Source of the DNA: Octopus sinensis | Taxonomy: Eukaryota | Assembly (NCBI RefSeq): GCF_006345805.1 | Contig: NC_043011.1 | Location: 35,290,464 to 35,354,463, forward strand | Reading direction: 5' to 3' | DNA length: 64,000 nt | Translations under genes and position numbers: made by a program | In this document: positions 15,187 through 28,006 of the stretch, in pieces | How positions within the stretch are numbered: position 1 is the first letter of the stretch | Layout of the letters: each line of letters begins with the position of its first letter | The notes under the pieces: model-generated | Seen by the model: the letters and a program-made list of their open reading frames with translations, nothing else | Told to the model about the DNA's origin: nothing | Databases searched by the model: none

Positions 15187-15254
15187 AACATATGGTATAA
15201 TTATAAACAGGGCAAATTTTGCCATTTCTCCGCAGACTGAAAAAAATGATGAAC

Positions 15255-15301
15255 GACCTTAATCGATTTTCGAATCTCACTGAGTTCTCATCAGATGCGT
15301 C
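15255..15301 (-). ncRNA. Minimal type I hammerhead ribozyme motif in a Penelope-like remnant (15190-15480)
   Basis: gacgcat-CTGATGA-GAACTC agt GAG(A)TTC-GAAA-A TCGA T-TA-aggtc: intact core, helix II and a palindromic helix III loop. The remnant is flanked by (TA)n on both sides. Confidence 0.75.
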
Positions 15302-15488
15302 TACATCATTCTGACAGTCTCCAGAGAAACAAGTAGCCAAACTGTTTATATACTCAACAGATGCAGTAGTTACTCTATGAAGGATTCCCTAATTTGCATA
15401 CTGAAAGTGTTTAACACTCTATAAATACCAGCAGCCTCTCAACGGGGATCTTAGTCCACACAGTATCGGGGTATGATATAATATTATG

Positions 15489-15534
<46 letters not shown>

Positions 15535-15537
<3 letters not shown>

Positions 15538-15837
15538 CGATAACTCTGGAGATCTGAGAATTGAGATCGCCAAGATGTGGCAGCTACGAGAGTCAAATAT
15601 ATAGGTTGTGCCTATTGTCATTGTAGCATTGGGTTAAATACTACCCAAACTGAAGAAATATCTCTAAACTTTAGAAATACCCTACAATCTAGGTGTATTG
15701 CAAAAATCAGCGTAAATATTGCGTAAAGCTCTGTCTTCTAAGGTCCTTGTTGCGAATTGACAAACAGTACAAACCGATGGTAGACACAACATCTTCAGTC
15801 AACCATATCAGGATATTAGATACTGTACGACGTCTTA

Positions 15838-15902
<65 letters not shown>

Positions 15903-15925
15903 TGATGATGATGATGATGATGATG

Positions 15926-15978
<53 letters not shown>

Positions 15979-15997
15979 AATAAATTATAATATTAAC

Positions 15998-16052
<55 letters not shown>

Positions 16053-16439
16053 GTAACAATAACAACAATAATAATAGCAACAACTACAATAATAATAGTA
16101 ATAATAAAACAGGATTAATGTGAAAGAAGAAGAAAAACAAACAACTATGGCAATTTAAAATAAGAAATACGAAGGCTTTCGTCACTGAAGAGAGTAGACG
16201 CGATACCAATAGACATTAGTGCACTTAGAAGTATCAGCAGTCAACTACCAGCATAGCTGAAAAAGATCGGTGCAAGTGTGAAGGTAGAACACCAACAAAA
16301 ATCAGCATTGCTTGGAACTGAAAGAATTCTTCGCAGGGTTCCTGAAGCATGACCAGTAAACAAGTGTCACCTTAGTCTGCTGGCTGTGAACAGCTGATAC
16401 TTTCCATCATTCCCAGCAAAATAAGCTGTGTGTTTTCAT

Positions 16440-16440
<1 letters not shown>
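15535..16440 (+). mobile_element. Two R4/Dong-like LINE 3' fragments separated by (TAA)n/(TGA)n
   Basis: DLRIEIAKMWQL...VPIVIVALG...LQKSA and QKSALLGTERILRRV termini, each ending in (TAA)n. Confidence 0.7.
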
Positions 16441-16496
<56 letters not shown>

Positions 16497-16499
16497 TAC

Positions 16500-17035
16500 T
16501 GATTGGAAGTGTTATCACTTCTGATCTTAACTGATTGGAAGTGTTATCATGTACATTGTTTTGTCTTGGTATAAAAGATGGGCTACAGCAAATATTATGC
16601 TCAATACCAAAGATTTGCTGGTCAGTTGTTTAACCTTAAGCTTTTGGCCATGTCCCTTAGTGGTTGACGATATGTGCATCTCTGATCACAAGCAGAAGTA
16701 GTGGGGGAGCATCATGTGTTGAGAGGAATTCTTTGGAGTTTGAATATTTCACCTCTGGAAATATGGGTGCTTCGTTCAACATCCTTAAACAACCCTTATT
16801 CAAGGACCTTTTGAGCGGGATAGTTTACTCGACCAGAAGAAAATTCTAACTGGGCCCCACCTGCAAGGTCATGCGCTGTTTATCTTGATATGAGATCACC
16901 ATGTCGTGCACATATGGTTGTGATGCATGTGCCTGGTGTACCCTTATCAGACGTGTAGTCATGATGGGTATATTGGGCTTCGTATATTTTACCCCAGTGT
17001 CACTTTGATGGCATGAACTGCTCTCTCACTCAATA
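16500..17035 (+). mobile_element. Interspersed repeat ending in (TAA)n (probable LINE 3' UTR); second copy at 18920-19290
   Basis: Two highly similar copies ending ...ctgctctctcactc(aat)n. Confidence 0.7.
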
Positions 17036-17059
17036 ATAATAATAATAATAATAATAATC

Positions 17060-17096
<37 letters not shown>

Positions 17097-17399
17097 GAAT
17101 ATTTTATTATAGGCACAAGCCTAAAATTTTAGAGAAGAGGGATAATCAATCCCAGTGTTCAAATGGCACTTATTTTATCGATCTTGAAAGGATGAAAGGC
17201 AATGTTGAGCTGGGCGGCAATTGAACTCAGAATGTAAAGACAGACGAAATGCCGCTATGTATTTGTTCGTCGCACTAACGTTACTAACTACTGTAAAATG
17301 CAATAGTAACAGCAACAACAACAGCAGCAATGATAATATTAATTAACAATAATGACGATGATAATGATAATGATGATGGTGTTACTAAAAATGTAACCC

Positions 17400-17705
17400 C
17401 CCCCTTAGGTCATGAATGACCATGGGATTGCAATTAGAAAGTTCTCCTCTGAGGCACAAGTCTGAGCAATGTTGTTTATAGAAGACCAACGGTCGTCCAT
17501 GCATACCAACCTCCCTTCTCTACGCCACCGATGTTATCCAAGTGAAAGGGCAAAGGCCGATACAGATTGGCACCAGGGACGTCGGAGCTCATTTCTACAA
17601 ATGAGTTAACAGGAGCAACGTGAAAAAAAAGCGTTTTACTCAAGAGCACAACATGCAACCCGGTCCGGGAATCGAACTCACTACCTTGTGATTGTGAACC
17701 CGACG
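17400..17705 (-). mobile_element. SINE family E (tRNA head; head-only copy at 59703-59845 +)
   Basis: B-box gagttcgattccc, then gtgttgtg.tcttgag.aaaac.cttt.tttcacgttgctcc shared between the copies. Confidence 0.65.
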
Positions 17706-18043
17706 CATAGGATCGTATACTTTGCAATGTTATATGATAGTGGAGAGAGCAACAAAGAAACTGGTAAAATTGTCAAATACGAAAACTTAACCAAAGAGAT
17801 AAAGGATTGTGGAATACAAAGGTGAGAAATAATTGGTGTACTTGGTACAATAGCCAAAGTGTTCTCAAAGAGACTGAAAGCTATTGGAATAGATATAGGT
17901 ATTATATGGAATTGAAGAATAATGCCATACTGTATTCTGCAATATTTCCAAGAAAGATTGAGATTTTAGGAGACCTGTAGTTACCAAGCCTCAAGAAAAC
18001 AGCAACGACAACAACAACAACAACAACAATAATAATGAGTTAC

Positions 18044-18161
18044 TTTTTCTCGCAGAATTTCCAGTCTTAAGAGCCTTTCAGTTTCTTCACTTTCTTTCAA
18101 TAGTTTTTTCTCTTGCAGTTCTTGAATTCTCTTCAACCATTCTTTTTCGCGATATTTTATT
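18044..18161 (-). CDS. CCDC148: CCDC148-like coding exon (last one located)
   Basis: Acceptor atactccag|A and donor AAA|gtaact. Encodes RIKYREKEWLKRIQE...ERLLRLEILREK (cf. RVKYRQELLERR...ERARRLEALRKQ). Not present in the ORF track. Confidence 0.85.
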
Positions 18162-18201
18162 CTGGAGTATAATTAATAAATATGAAAATAACAAGAAATA
18201 T

Positions 18202-18255
<54 letters not shown>

Positions 18256-18281
18256 AACAAATAAAAATGATGATGATGATG

Positions 18282-18327
<46 letters not shown>

Positions 18328-18347
18328 TGATGATGATGATGATGATG

Positions 18348-18880
18348 ATGTGGAATAACAGCAGAAAAAACATGGTATAGGCACACCCCAGAAAATATCA
18401 CAGAAAATGAGAAAGCAACCATACTCTGAGATATACCAATACACAAAGATAGAGAAATCAAGTCTAATAGACTGGATGTCAGAGGTCACCAAGGAAAAAA
18501 ACGGCTTCTAATTGATGTATCAATACCAACAGATGACAATGTTTCTCTCAGAGAAAAGGAGAAACTTTCAAAATACAAAGACCTGGAAATAGAGGTAACT
18601 CGAGTCTGGAATCTAAAATCAGAATCAATTCCTATAATAGTAGGTACATTAGGTATGCTGAAAAAAACATTCAGACAAATACATGACAAAATACCAGGAC
18701 TAACAAACATGTATAACGTACAGAAAATAGCACAACTAGGCACTGCACACATCGTACGTAAAACGCTTTCAATATAGTGAAAATAAGAGCATCACAACTA
18801 ACCACAGCATATACCCAAGCCACACAGAGCTAAACTCGGTAGTGCAGTGAAAGCACGTGATAAAAATAAGACTACTGAAT
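18348..18880 (+). mobile_element. R4/Dong-like LINE 3' end (REL endonuclease)
   Basis: WYRHTPENITENEKATIL*D...LLIDVSIPTDDNVSLREKEKLSKYKDLEIEVTRVW...IPIIVGTLG...QKIAQLGTAHIVRK, flanked by (TGA)n. Confidence 0.85.
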
Positions 18881-19525
18881 GATGATGATGTTGATGATGA
18901 TGATGTTGATGATGATGATGATATTTGCATCTCTGATCACGAGCAGAAGTAGTGGGGGAGCATCATAGCCATGTGTTGAGCGGGATTCTTTGGGGTTTGG
19001 ATAATTCACATCTGGAAACATGGGTGTTTCGTTCAACATCCTTAAACAACCCTTAATCAGGGAACTTTTGAGCGGGATGGGTTACTCGCCCAGAAGAAAA
19101 TTCTAACTGGGCCCCTCCTGCAAGGTCATATGCTGTTTATCTTAATATGAGATCACCATGTTGCGCACATATGGCTGTGATATATGTGCCTAGTGTATCC
19201 TTATCAGACGGGTAGTCATGATGGGTATACTGGGTTTCGTATATTTTACCCCAGTGTCACTTTGGTGGCATGCACTGCTCTCTCACTCAATAATAATAAT
19301 AATAATCCTTTCTATTATAGGCACAATGCCTGAAATTTGGGGGTTTGGGGGAGGAGACTAATTGATTACATCGACCCCAGTTTCACTGGTACTTAATTTA
19401 TCGACCCTGAAAGCGTGAAGCAAAGTCGATCTCGGTGGTATTTGAACATCAGAGCACAGCGACGGACGAAATACCGCTGAGCATTTAGTGCAGCGCGCTA
19501 TCGATTCTGCCAGCTCGCTGGCTTA

Positions 19526-19641
<116 letters not shown>

Positions 19642-19722
19642 GATGAAGAAGAAGAAGAAGAAGAAGAAGAAGAAGAAGAAGAAGAAGAAGAAGAAGAAGA
19701 AGAAGAAGAAGAAGAAGAAGAA

Positions 19723-20016
19723 AAGCTCATTGTATGCTTTCCCAGATTACACACGCAAATTCACAGATGAAATATGCATTTAAAAAATTAATAAATAAAT
19801 AAATTCATGAATGGATGTTTTGTGCTGAGAAGAGCATTATCGCTGTGAAAACAACATCCATTCATGAACTTATTTATTTATTATTCTTTTAAATACATAT
19901 TTTATCTGTGAATTTGCGTGTGTAATCTGCGAATGCATACAATGAGCTTCTCTGCCCTAGGTGTACGGTAAACACTCGGCGAGAAACGGAAGAAAATTTG
20001 GAGAAAGAAGGAAAAT
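19723..20016 (+). mobile_element. Fold-back cassette (about 100-bp inverted arms plus unpaired tail), probable Penelope-like remnant
   Basis: aagctcattgtatgc...ggatgttt pairs with aacatcc...gcatacaatgagctt. A ~65-nt tail follows. Sits between (GAA)n and (TAA)n. Confidence 0.65.
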
Positions 20017-20089
20017 GATAATAATAATAATAACAACAACAACAACAACAACAACAATAATAATAATAATAACAACAACAACAACAACA

Positions 20090-20441
20090 ACAAGAGCACT
20101 CAGAGAGCGCAAACCTCCGCCAAGTCAATACCAACTTCCTCTCAAAGATTAGCCGGAGATGATTTTTAAAATGAGAATATCTGAAATAAACTCGACTGCT
20201 CTCACAAACGAGAATACTAAAAATGAACCCGACCGCTCTCAAAAATTAACGGAAAAATAATCCAGAATCCTTGTCAGGTACCGGATAAATTCCAAAGTCT
20301 AATCAGTCCGTGCCAGTCACAAGGCCAAACATCCCTGAAAGTTTCATCCGAATCCATTCAGCGGTTCTTGAGATATCTCGTCCACGGACAAACAAATACG
20401 ACTGAAAACAATATATCCGCCTTCGCTAAAGCGGAGGTAAC
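20090..20441. mobile_element. Non-autonomous Helentron-associated (HINE/DINE-like) element
   Basis: Starts acaagagcactcagagagcgca. Subterminal IR acctccgc (20114) / gcggaggt (~20432), terminal stem-loop ccgccttcgctaaagcgg, and acggacaaacaaa motif, inserted in (AAC)n. Confidence 0.6.
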
Positions 20442-20453
20442 AACAACAACAAC

Positions 20454-20487
<34 letters not shown>

Positions 20488-20623
20488 CCGAATCGCTTGT
20501 CCAATGGTTATTCTGGAAGCGTGCCTGTCGAGAGGTTGTCAGACTGAAGGCGAGAAATTTTCAAATGGCAGAATATCTTCCCCGAATACGAGAGCTACTG
20601 CCTGGTACTGCATCAGGGCATTT

Positions 20624-20662
<39 letters not shown>

Positions 20663-20749
20663 GTCATCGTCATCATCGTCATCGTCATCGTCGTCGTCGT
20701 CATCGTCATCGTCATTATTATTATTATCATTATTATTATTATTATCTGA

Positions 20750-21585
20750 GAGAATCGTTAATGTGTCGAACAAAATGCTCAGCGGCATTTCTTCTGGCTC
20801 GTTACGTTTTGTGTCAATATCCTGATAAGATCAATTTGGAGTTTTCCTCCTTTAGGAGTCGATAAAATAAAGTACCAACTTGGGCCGATGTAATTGACTA
20901 GCCCAACCCTGCACCAAAACAATTGCTGGCTTTGTGCCAAAGTTTGAAACCATTTTAATTATGATTAAGACGGCGAGCTAGCAGAATCGTTAATACGCTG
21001 GGCAAAATGCTAATCAGCATTTCGTCCGTCTTTGTTACGAGTTCAAATTCCGCTGTGGTAGACTATACTTTTCATCTTTTCAGAGTCGATAAAATAAGTA
21101 TCACTCAAGTGCTGGGGTCAATGTAATCGACATACCTCCGCACCCCCGCACTTACTAGCCCCGTGCCAAACATTTGAAAGCATTATTATTTTCGTTAGAA
21201 AGGCAGTGAGCTGGCAGAAACGTTAGCACGCCGGGCGAAATGCTTAGCAGTATTTCTTCTGTCTTTATGTTCTGAGTTCAAATTCCGCCGAGGTCGACTT
21301 CACGTTTCATCCTTTCGGAGTCGATAAATTAAGTACCAGTTACGCACTGGGGTCGATCTAATCGATTTAATCCCTTTGTTTGTCCTTGTTTGTCCCCCCT
21401 GTGTGTGACTCGTTGTGGGCAGTAAAGAGATAAGAAACGTTAGCACGCCAGGTGAAATGCTTAGCGGTATTTCGAGACTTTATATTATGTGTTCAGCGTC
21501 GATAAATTAAGTACCAGTTGCGTACTGGGATCGATTTAATCGAATGCCCCCTCCCCTAAAATTTCGCGCCTAGTGTAGAAAATAT
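20750..21585 (+). mobile_element. Cluster of SINE family B copies
   Basis: Repeated ggc.gcgagctggcagaa heads and gtcgataaa.taagtaccag bodies. Confidence 0.8.
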
Positions 21586-21727
21586 TATTTAATTACGAAT
21601 TTTAAAATTTTTAAATTTTTAAGATCGATTCTCACCATATCTAACTTTTGTTTTAATTCTCCCAGGAGTAGGTGATCATTATTTTCTTATTTTACTAAAG
21701 TCATTTTATGAAAAAAAAAAAACTTAC

Positions 21728-21846
21728 CGCTTCCAGTTTCGTTTGTTTTGTTCTTCTAATTCCTCTTGGATCTCTGCAAGACGTCGTCTGCAGTTCTCTT
21801 CTTCTTGTTGCTGCTCTGCTAACTTCTGGTCTTTGTATTGTTTTAT
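21728..21846 (-). CDS. CCDC148: CCDC148-like coding exon
   Basis: Acceptor tacctcag|ATA and donor CG|gtaagt. Encodes IKQYKDQKLAEQQQEEENCRRRLAEIQEELEEQNKRNWKR. Confidence 0.85.
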
Positions 21847-21960
21847 CTGAGGTATATATATATAGTTAATCCAAACATGCAAACACAAAGAGAAATACAA
21901 CATGAGGACGTGGAACAAATATAGTATTATTGTACGCTCAGGAAGGAAGGAAAGAAGGAG

Positions 21961-21997
21961 GGTTTAACGTTTCGAGCGGAGCTCTTCGTCAGAAACA
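21961..21997 (-). ncRNA. Minimal hammerhead ribozyme motif in a Penelope-like remnant (21866-22062)
   Basis: gtttCTGACGA-A-GAGC tcc GCTC-GAAAC-GTTA-aac: intact core, helix I gttt/aaac and palindromic AACGTT. Confidence 0.75.
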
Positions 21998-23139
21998 TAG
22001 GAAAAGGAAAGATCCAAAGAAGGGAAGACGGAGGGAAAAAATCGCCAACGGTACACACGCAGTCGAGTTTCTTTAGTTAGAAGTCTTTAATTATACAGCG
22101 TGGTGCACGAAATGCAGTCTGTGTTCCCGCAGGATAATGTAAATACAGAAATAAACTTATACATACGAAAAAGCACTCAGCCATTCGTTTGCAAGAGTCG
22201 TTTCTGTTATCTCGATTACTTGTAATTGCTGGACAACGATGAGACACTTGTCAGCTCTTTGTCATATTATACTCACCACATCCTTACCACATTACTTGAC
22301 AGTAAGATTACACTGAGTGAACATTTTGCGAGATGACGAACACAATAGCGGAAAGTGAGGAGATTGTGGAACTGTTTGTTAGAACGGCTTCTGTTAAGCA
22401 TACTCTGTATTTACACAAGGCTACGGAACCTGGGCTACTTTTTTTTTGTGTCACACTACATCAAAAATTCTTAAGAGAAAACTCATATCGACTCAGATAT
22501 TTTGGAAGAAAAATGTTGTACTGTGTTAGGCGCTTTTCGCTGATTTTAACTTTCCAAACACAGGTGCTCTAAGGTAATCTGTGTAAAGCTGATGATTTCC
22601 GGTCCAGTTTCAGATTTAGAATAGTTTTTAAAATTTTATTTTCTAATTCCTTCTCGATCTAGATATTTTGGGATTTGCCTAGTTCAGATGATTCATACAT
22701 ATCCCACGACGAAGGTTTCCACAATTTGTCCCCTGCATTATTTCTTCAGATATTATCTCATTTACTTCATCACATGTCTACCATGCAATGAGAATTATAT
22801 TGGCCAAACGGGATAAAAATTACTACATTGGGTTAGGGTACATAAGCAACAAAATGGATTCATCTTTTACTAATGTTTCATCTTAAACATAAATAGAAAA
22901 CTCAAAATATCCCAATTTTTAAAATGAAGCAAGAAAAATATAAACTACGAAAAGAAAAAGAATATTTTGTAAGAATTTTAAATCCGAAATAAATCAAGAA
23001 TATTCAAGATAACCGCTACTAAAAACAAACTTTTACGGATTATTTTATGATACGTGTTTTTGAAAACCTGAAAATAGTGAAAAGCGCTAAAACAAAACAT
23101 GAAATCTACCTTACAAAATGTTTTTAAGAAAATCATTCT

Positions 23140-23184
<45 letters not shown>

Positions 23185-23989
23185 ATATATATGGGTTGTG
23201 CGTGTGTGTTTATACATACATATATATGTTCTTTATATTATATCTATACTCATTCTAGAATACATACACACACAGACACACACACACACACACAAATATA
23301 TACGTATATACACACACACACACATATATATATATATAGATATACATGCATATATACAGTCATTTTCCTTTGCATTGAATCCCAGCGTCAAGAACTTATC
23401 ACAAAATAAGATACCCTTACCCAACAGGACCATTGTCCTAATATCTCTCTCCGTATCTTCTTCTATACAATGTTATGTAAATATAACAGTTTACACTTCT
23501 CGGAACTTGCAAGCTGTGACGATGGTTTATTAATGTCGTTTGAAATCTAAATTGTGGGTTGTCGCGTAGACATAAAACAAAATTGCAAGGTAGAACTTTA
23601 AATTAGTGACAGCAATATTAATCGTTTGATAATTTAAATAACACTATAGTTTTCAAATGGTTAACGAGGAGGGTGGCACCATTCACCTCTTAATCACTGC
23701 GTATCACTATTACATTCCGCTTTAACGACTTTGATTTTAATCATAGTTTTATTCTATATGAACGTGAGGTTCAACGTTTTGGGTGGTAATAAATTCGCTT
23801 CCCAGCCACACGGTTCCGAGTTCAGTCCCACTACACGACACCTTCGGCATGTGTTTTCTACCATAGCCTCAGGCTGACCATAGCAGTGTGAGTGGATTTG
23901 GTTGTCGGTCGGAAACTGAAACAAGTCTGTCCTATACATAAATGTGAGTGCGCGCGCGCGTTGTGTCTGTATGAGTATGTATGTATGTA

Positions 23990-25196
23990 TTGGACTGGCA
24001 ACTAAGTTCCTACTGTTTTTTAAAATTTAAATTTTTTAAAAAGTTCAATAAAAAATAACAACAAATTAATGTATTCTCCCTCGTTGTTTACAACTTCTTC
24101 CCAACGTTCAACAAGATTTTTAATACCTCGTTGGTAGAAATCACTCGATTTCGACTCGAAAAATTGATCCAACCACGCTCTCAATTCTGCATAAGTATTG
24201 AACGAAACTCCGCGCATAGCATTTGAAAGAGATCGAAAGAGGTGGAAATCCGTTGGTGCCAAATCAGGAGAGTACAGCACTTCCCAGCCATGCGTTTGAA
24301 TGGCTTCCTTGGTCATATTGGCGATATGAGGGCGGGCGTTGTCGTGCAGCAGAACTCCATGCTGCCGATTAGGTCTTTTCTCTTGAATAGCCGTGTTGAG
24401 TCGTTCCATCTGTTGAACGTAGAGTTCCGCGTTGACCGTTTGGTTTTGTTCAAGCAATTCGTAATGGATAATCCCTTTCCAATCCCACCATACGCTCAAC
24501 ATCGTTTTTCGCGGATGAAGATCTTGCTTTACGCGCGGTGTCGCTTGTTTACCGGAGCTAAGCCATTCCTTACGCTGCTTCATATTGATGTACAGGCACC
24601 ATTTTCCGTCGCCAGTAACGATTAGGTAAAGAAATCGTTGCTTGTGTCCATGAGTTGAGCGGTGACGAGCAAGCAAACCAGCGGAGATTGTGGCTTGTTG
24701 ATTTTTGTTGTTATCACTTCACTTAAAGCATGCGGAACTTATGCTCCATACTTCTGAACCTTTCCCATCGAGTGAAGATGCTTCTCTATAGCAGTGCGGG
24801 AGCATTTCATTTTCTCTGCCAGTTCCCTTGTCGTTAGACGAGAACTTTCGTGCAAAAGTTGGTTTAATCGCTCTTCATTGAACTCAACTGGACGGCCAGA
24901 ATGAGGTGCGTGTTTGAGGTTAAAAATTCCGTTTTTGAAATTGGCATACCAATCACGAGCGATTCTTTCAGTTATGGCACCTTCTCCATACACAGCACAA
25001 ATGTCGCGAGAAGCTTTTGCGGCCTTAGAACCTTGATTAAAAGTAAACAGAAGGAGGTGTCGAAAATGCTCGTTTTTCTTAACTTGACATTCCATTTTAA
25101 TGATCTGAAAATTAACAAGAATTAACTAATATTAACAAGAAAAAAAAAAGATTCCAAAATTAAAAAAACACGTCGGGAACTTAGTTGCCAACCCAA
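23990..25196 (-). mobile_element. Full-length mariner (DD34D, mellifera-like), transposase disrupted
   Basis: TA-flanked TIRs ttgg..tggcaactaagttcc. ORFs 25095-24739 (MECQVKKNEHFRHLLLF, HTH) and 24676-24020 (VTGD, HDNARPH, YSPDLAPTD). Stop and frameshift at the WVPH motif near 24720-24740. Confidence 0.95.
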
Positions 25197-25212
25197 TATA
25201 TACATATGTGTA

Positions 25213-25286
<74 letters not shown>

Positions 25287-25300
25287 CATATATACATATG

Positions 25301-25390
<90 letters not shown>

Positions 25391-25395
25391 GTGTG

Positions 25396-25455
<60 letters not shown>

Positions 25456-25741
25456 TGGCGTTATGTATGTCTTCGTGTTTTTCCCTTCCAATGCTTTATG
25501 ACTGCTGTTGGGTTGATCACGTACTTGTAACTTAGAAGTTTGGCAAAAGAAACAAATAGAAGGGTTTAAATAAATTAAGCTCTGATGTCGATTGTTCGGC
25601 TAAACCCTTCAACACGGTGCCCCATCATGGCCGCACCCTAATGACTGAAACAAGTAAGAGATAAAAGAGAAAAGAACTGCAATGAACGACAGTGTACGCG
25701 TGGCCTTCCTTTCTCCTTTCTCTCCTTCTTTCTGGAATTAC

Positions 25742-25882
25742 CTCCTGCTTGGTTTGGTCTCTCTTTTGTTTCATCATCTCCATTCTCTGCCGTTCATTCC
25801 TTGCCATTTCCTCAGATTTCTTCTCCAGCAATTTCATCTCCAGCAACATCTGTTCGTATTTATTCTCACGCCAAGATGTTAC
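25742..25882 (-). CDS. CCDC148: CCDC148-like coding exon
   Basis: Acceptor tttgttttgattag|GTA and donor GAG|gtaatt. 141 nt encoding the coiled-coil-like VTSWRENKYEQMLLEMKLLEKK... Confidence 0.85.
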
Positions 25883-26215
25883 CTAATCAAAACAAAAATG
25901 TGAAATCAAGTGTTAAAATATGATAAATATACTTACGAGAGTCGGTTGACAAGTCCATGAGAACTACCTTAAGTGTACACTTGTCTGTGGAGTACTCACC
26001 CACTTGCACTTCAATTTCCTGAGCAGACTGTTCCGTTGATCGATCTAACTGGAACACTTGTAGTCGTACCCGACGGAGATCCGGAGGATATGCAAATAAA
26101 GCAGCTGATGGGGCGCATCATCCCTAGGTCCGTTGGAGAGTCTGTGCGGAACTTTCTTTCGGATGCAGTTCCGTGACATGTTTTATCGCCACCCCCACCG
26201 CTGGGACCCCTAACG

Positions 26216-26246
<31 letters not shown>

Positions 26247-26247
26247 T

Positions 26248-26279
<32 letters not shown>

Positions 26280-26412
26280 CGGATCAGAGGGAACTTGGGT
26301 GTTATAGTGGATTCGAGATGGTTCCTCCCCTCCACATTTCCCAAAACCCTGGAACTCAGGGACCAAGTCCCCATTACCGGATGTAATTTGAAGTCAAACC
26401 CAAGACAATATA

Positions 26413-26623
26413 CAGGGTGGCCCAAACGTAGGTTTACAGTTATTCAACTATTTCTTTCGCATTCATATATTAGCAGTTTTGATCTTAATTATAAATAAAT
26501 ATGAAACCATTATTCTATGCTAATTTAGTTAATTGTAAGATAGAAATTTAAATGCTATAAAATGTTTTAAAAGAAATATAAAATGCCTACGTGATAACTG
26601 TAAACTACTTTTGGGCCACTCTG
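26413..26623. mobile_element. Tc1-type MITE
   Basis: TA|cagggtggcccaaacgtaggtttacagttat...ataactgtaaactacttttgggccactctg|TA. Confidence 0.85.
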
Positions 26624-26633
26624 TACATATATA

Positions 26634-27199
26634 TTGGGTTGTCCGGAAAGTTTGTGCCGATCTTTAAAGGAAAGAAAAAGGTCAATAAATACTTGCCATT
26701 ACATTTTTAATCAACCAAATATGAACCATTGTGTTGCACAATGCGTCTCCACCTTTCCTTTAACTTGAAAATACTCTCTTCTCAGAATTGAGGTGGTTTC
26801 ATGGCAAAGAATTCATCAAGGTATCTTTTTACGTCATCCAAGGAATTGGAATTTTTACCATTAAGACTATTCTGTTGAGACCTGGATAAGTAGAAATCCG
26901 AAGGAGCAGTATCTGGTGAATATGGAGGTTGGGGTAACACATCCCAGCCGAGCTGCAGCAATTTTTGTCTAGTTCCCAAAGTATCAAGTGCCGAAAATGA
27001 ACTTTCTTATCTTCCATTTTAAAGGGTTACAGAATTAACACAGGTTATAGGAACATAAACCTTCTTCAACGAAAAGATAGCTTAAACTGTGCTCTAAATG
27101 GAGGTGTAGTCAAATCCTATTTTATGGACTAAACCATGATCTAAAATAAGTCGAAAGGTAAGCTACTATAAATCGGCATGAACTTTCCGGACAACCAAA
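26634..27199 (-). mobile_element. Internally deleted mariner with both TIRs
   Basis: TIRs tt(g/t)ggttgtccggaaagtt..tgccgat with TA flanks. N-terminus MEDKKVHFRHLILWE is joined directly to C-terminal QKLLQLGWDVLPQPPYSPDTAPSDF. Confidence 0.9.
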
Positions 27200-27246
27200 T
27201 ACATACATAAATGCTTGAATACATACACGTTTCGTAACATAGGTAC

Positions 27247-27600
27247 ATAAAAGGTCTGTCCCAAGAAGTGTCGGGAATGGTGGTATAAAAAAACCAGAAA
27301 AGTTCCTACAACATATATCAATTTGGCATTTAACCCCCTTTGAAGTAGTCCCCTTTTGAAGTCGCAGACTTTATCCAGCGTCGTTTCCATTGACGGAAGC
27401 ATTCCTGGGACTTCTTTTGGAGGGTAGCGAGCAAACTATCTCGTCACATTCTCTTGGATTTCTTCGTAGTCTTGAAATCTTGTTCCTTTCAAGCGGGATT
27501 TGATTATTGTCTTGGTTTCGGGGCCATAGCCATAGACCCATGAGGCGTCGTCACCTGTAATAACTGTTTTCAAAAAGTCTTTTTGTCTTTCTCGACACAG
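27247..27600 (-). mobile_element. Decayed mariner fragment (irritans-like)
   Basis: Minus strand FLKTVITGDD.SWVYGY.PETK and a W...KGDYF.G terminus. Confidence 0.6.
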
Positions 27601-27799
27601 TCACTCTACACATTTTACTTCCAAGCACTGCTTATAAACAACGGAATGACTGAAACAAGTAAAAGAGTAAGAGTAAAAGAGAGTACTCTAACAGAGTACT
27701 GAACCTTTTAATAGTGGGCCGCTCGGAGAGAGAATGAGAGGAGAGAGAGAGAGAGAAAGGGAAACTGAGAGAAAATGAGAGAGAGAGATTATAACTAAC

Positions 27800-28006
27800 T
27801 TTCTCATACAGTTGATCACAGAGCTCACTTTGAGCTTGTTTATTTTTCATCTGGGTTTCGTCAAGTTCGTAAGTGAGGCAAACTTCGGCAAATATGATGC
27901 ATGTCTTTTGGAATAGCTCAGTCCTTAACCGATGCCACGCTCTAAAGAGATTGCTGCGGTGGTTGCGGTAAAAACGCCAGCAAATCCACCATTTCTGATG
28001 CTGGAT
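27800..28006 (-). CDS. CCDC148: CCDC148-like coding exon
   Basis: Acceptor attttcttacag|ATC and donor AAA|gttagt. Open 207-nt exon encoding IQHQKWWICWRFY...ELFQKTCIIFAEVC...QSELCDQLYEK. Confidence 0.9.

Noticed and set aside
14969-15388. Open frame GILHRVTTAS...VRFENRLR as a diverged last CCDC148 exon
   Set aside because: The similarity is a few residues only. The segment coincides with an intact hammerhead motif in a (TA)n-flanked repeat remnant and the acceptor is poor.
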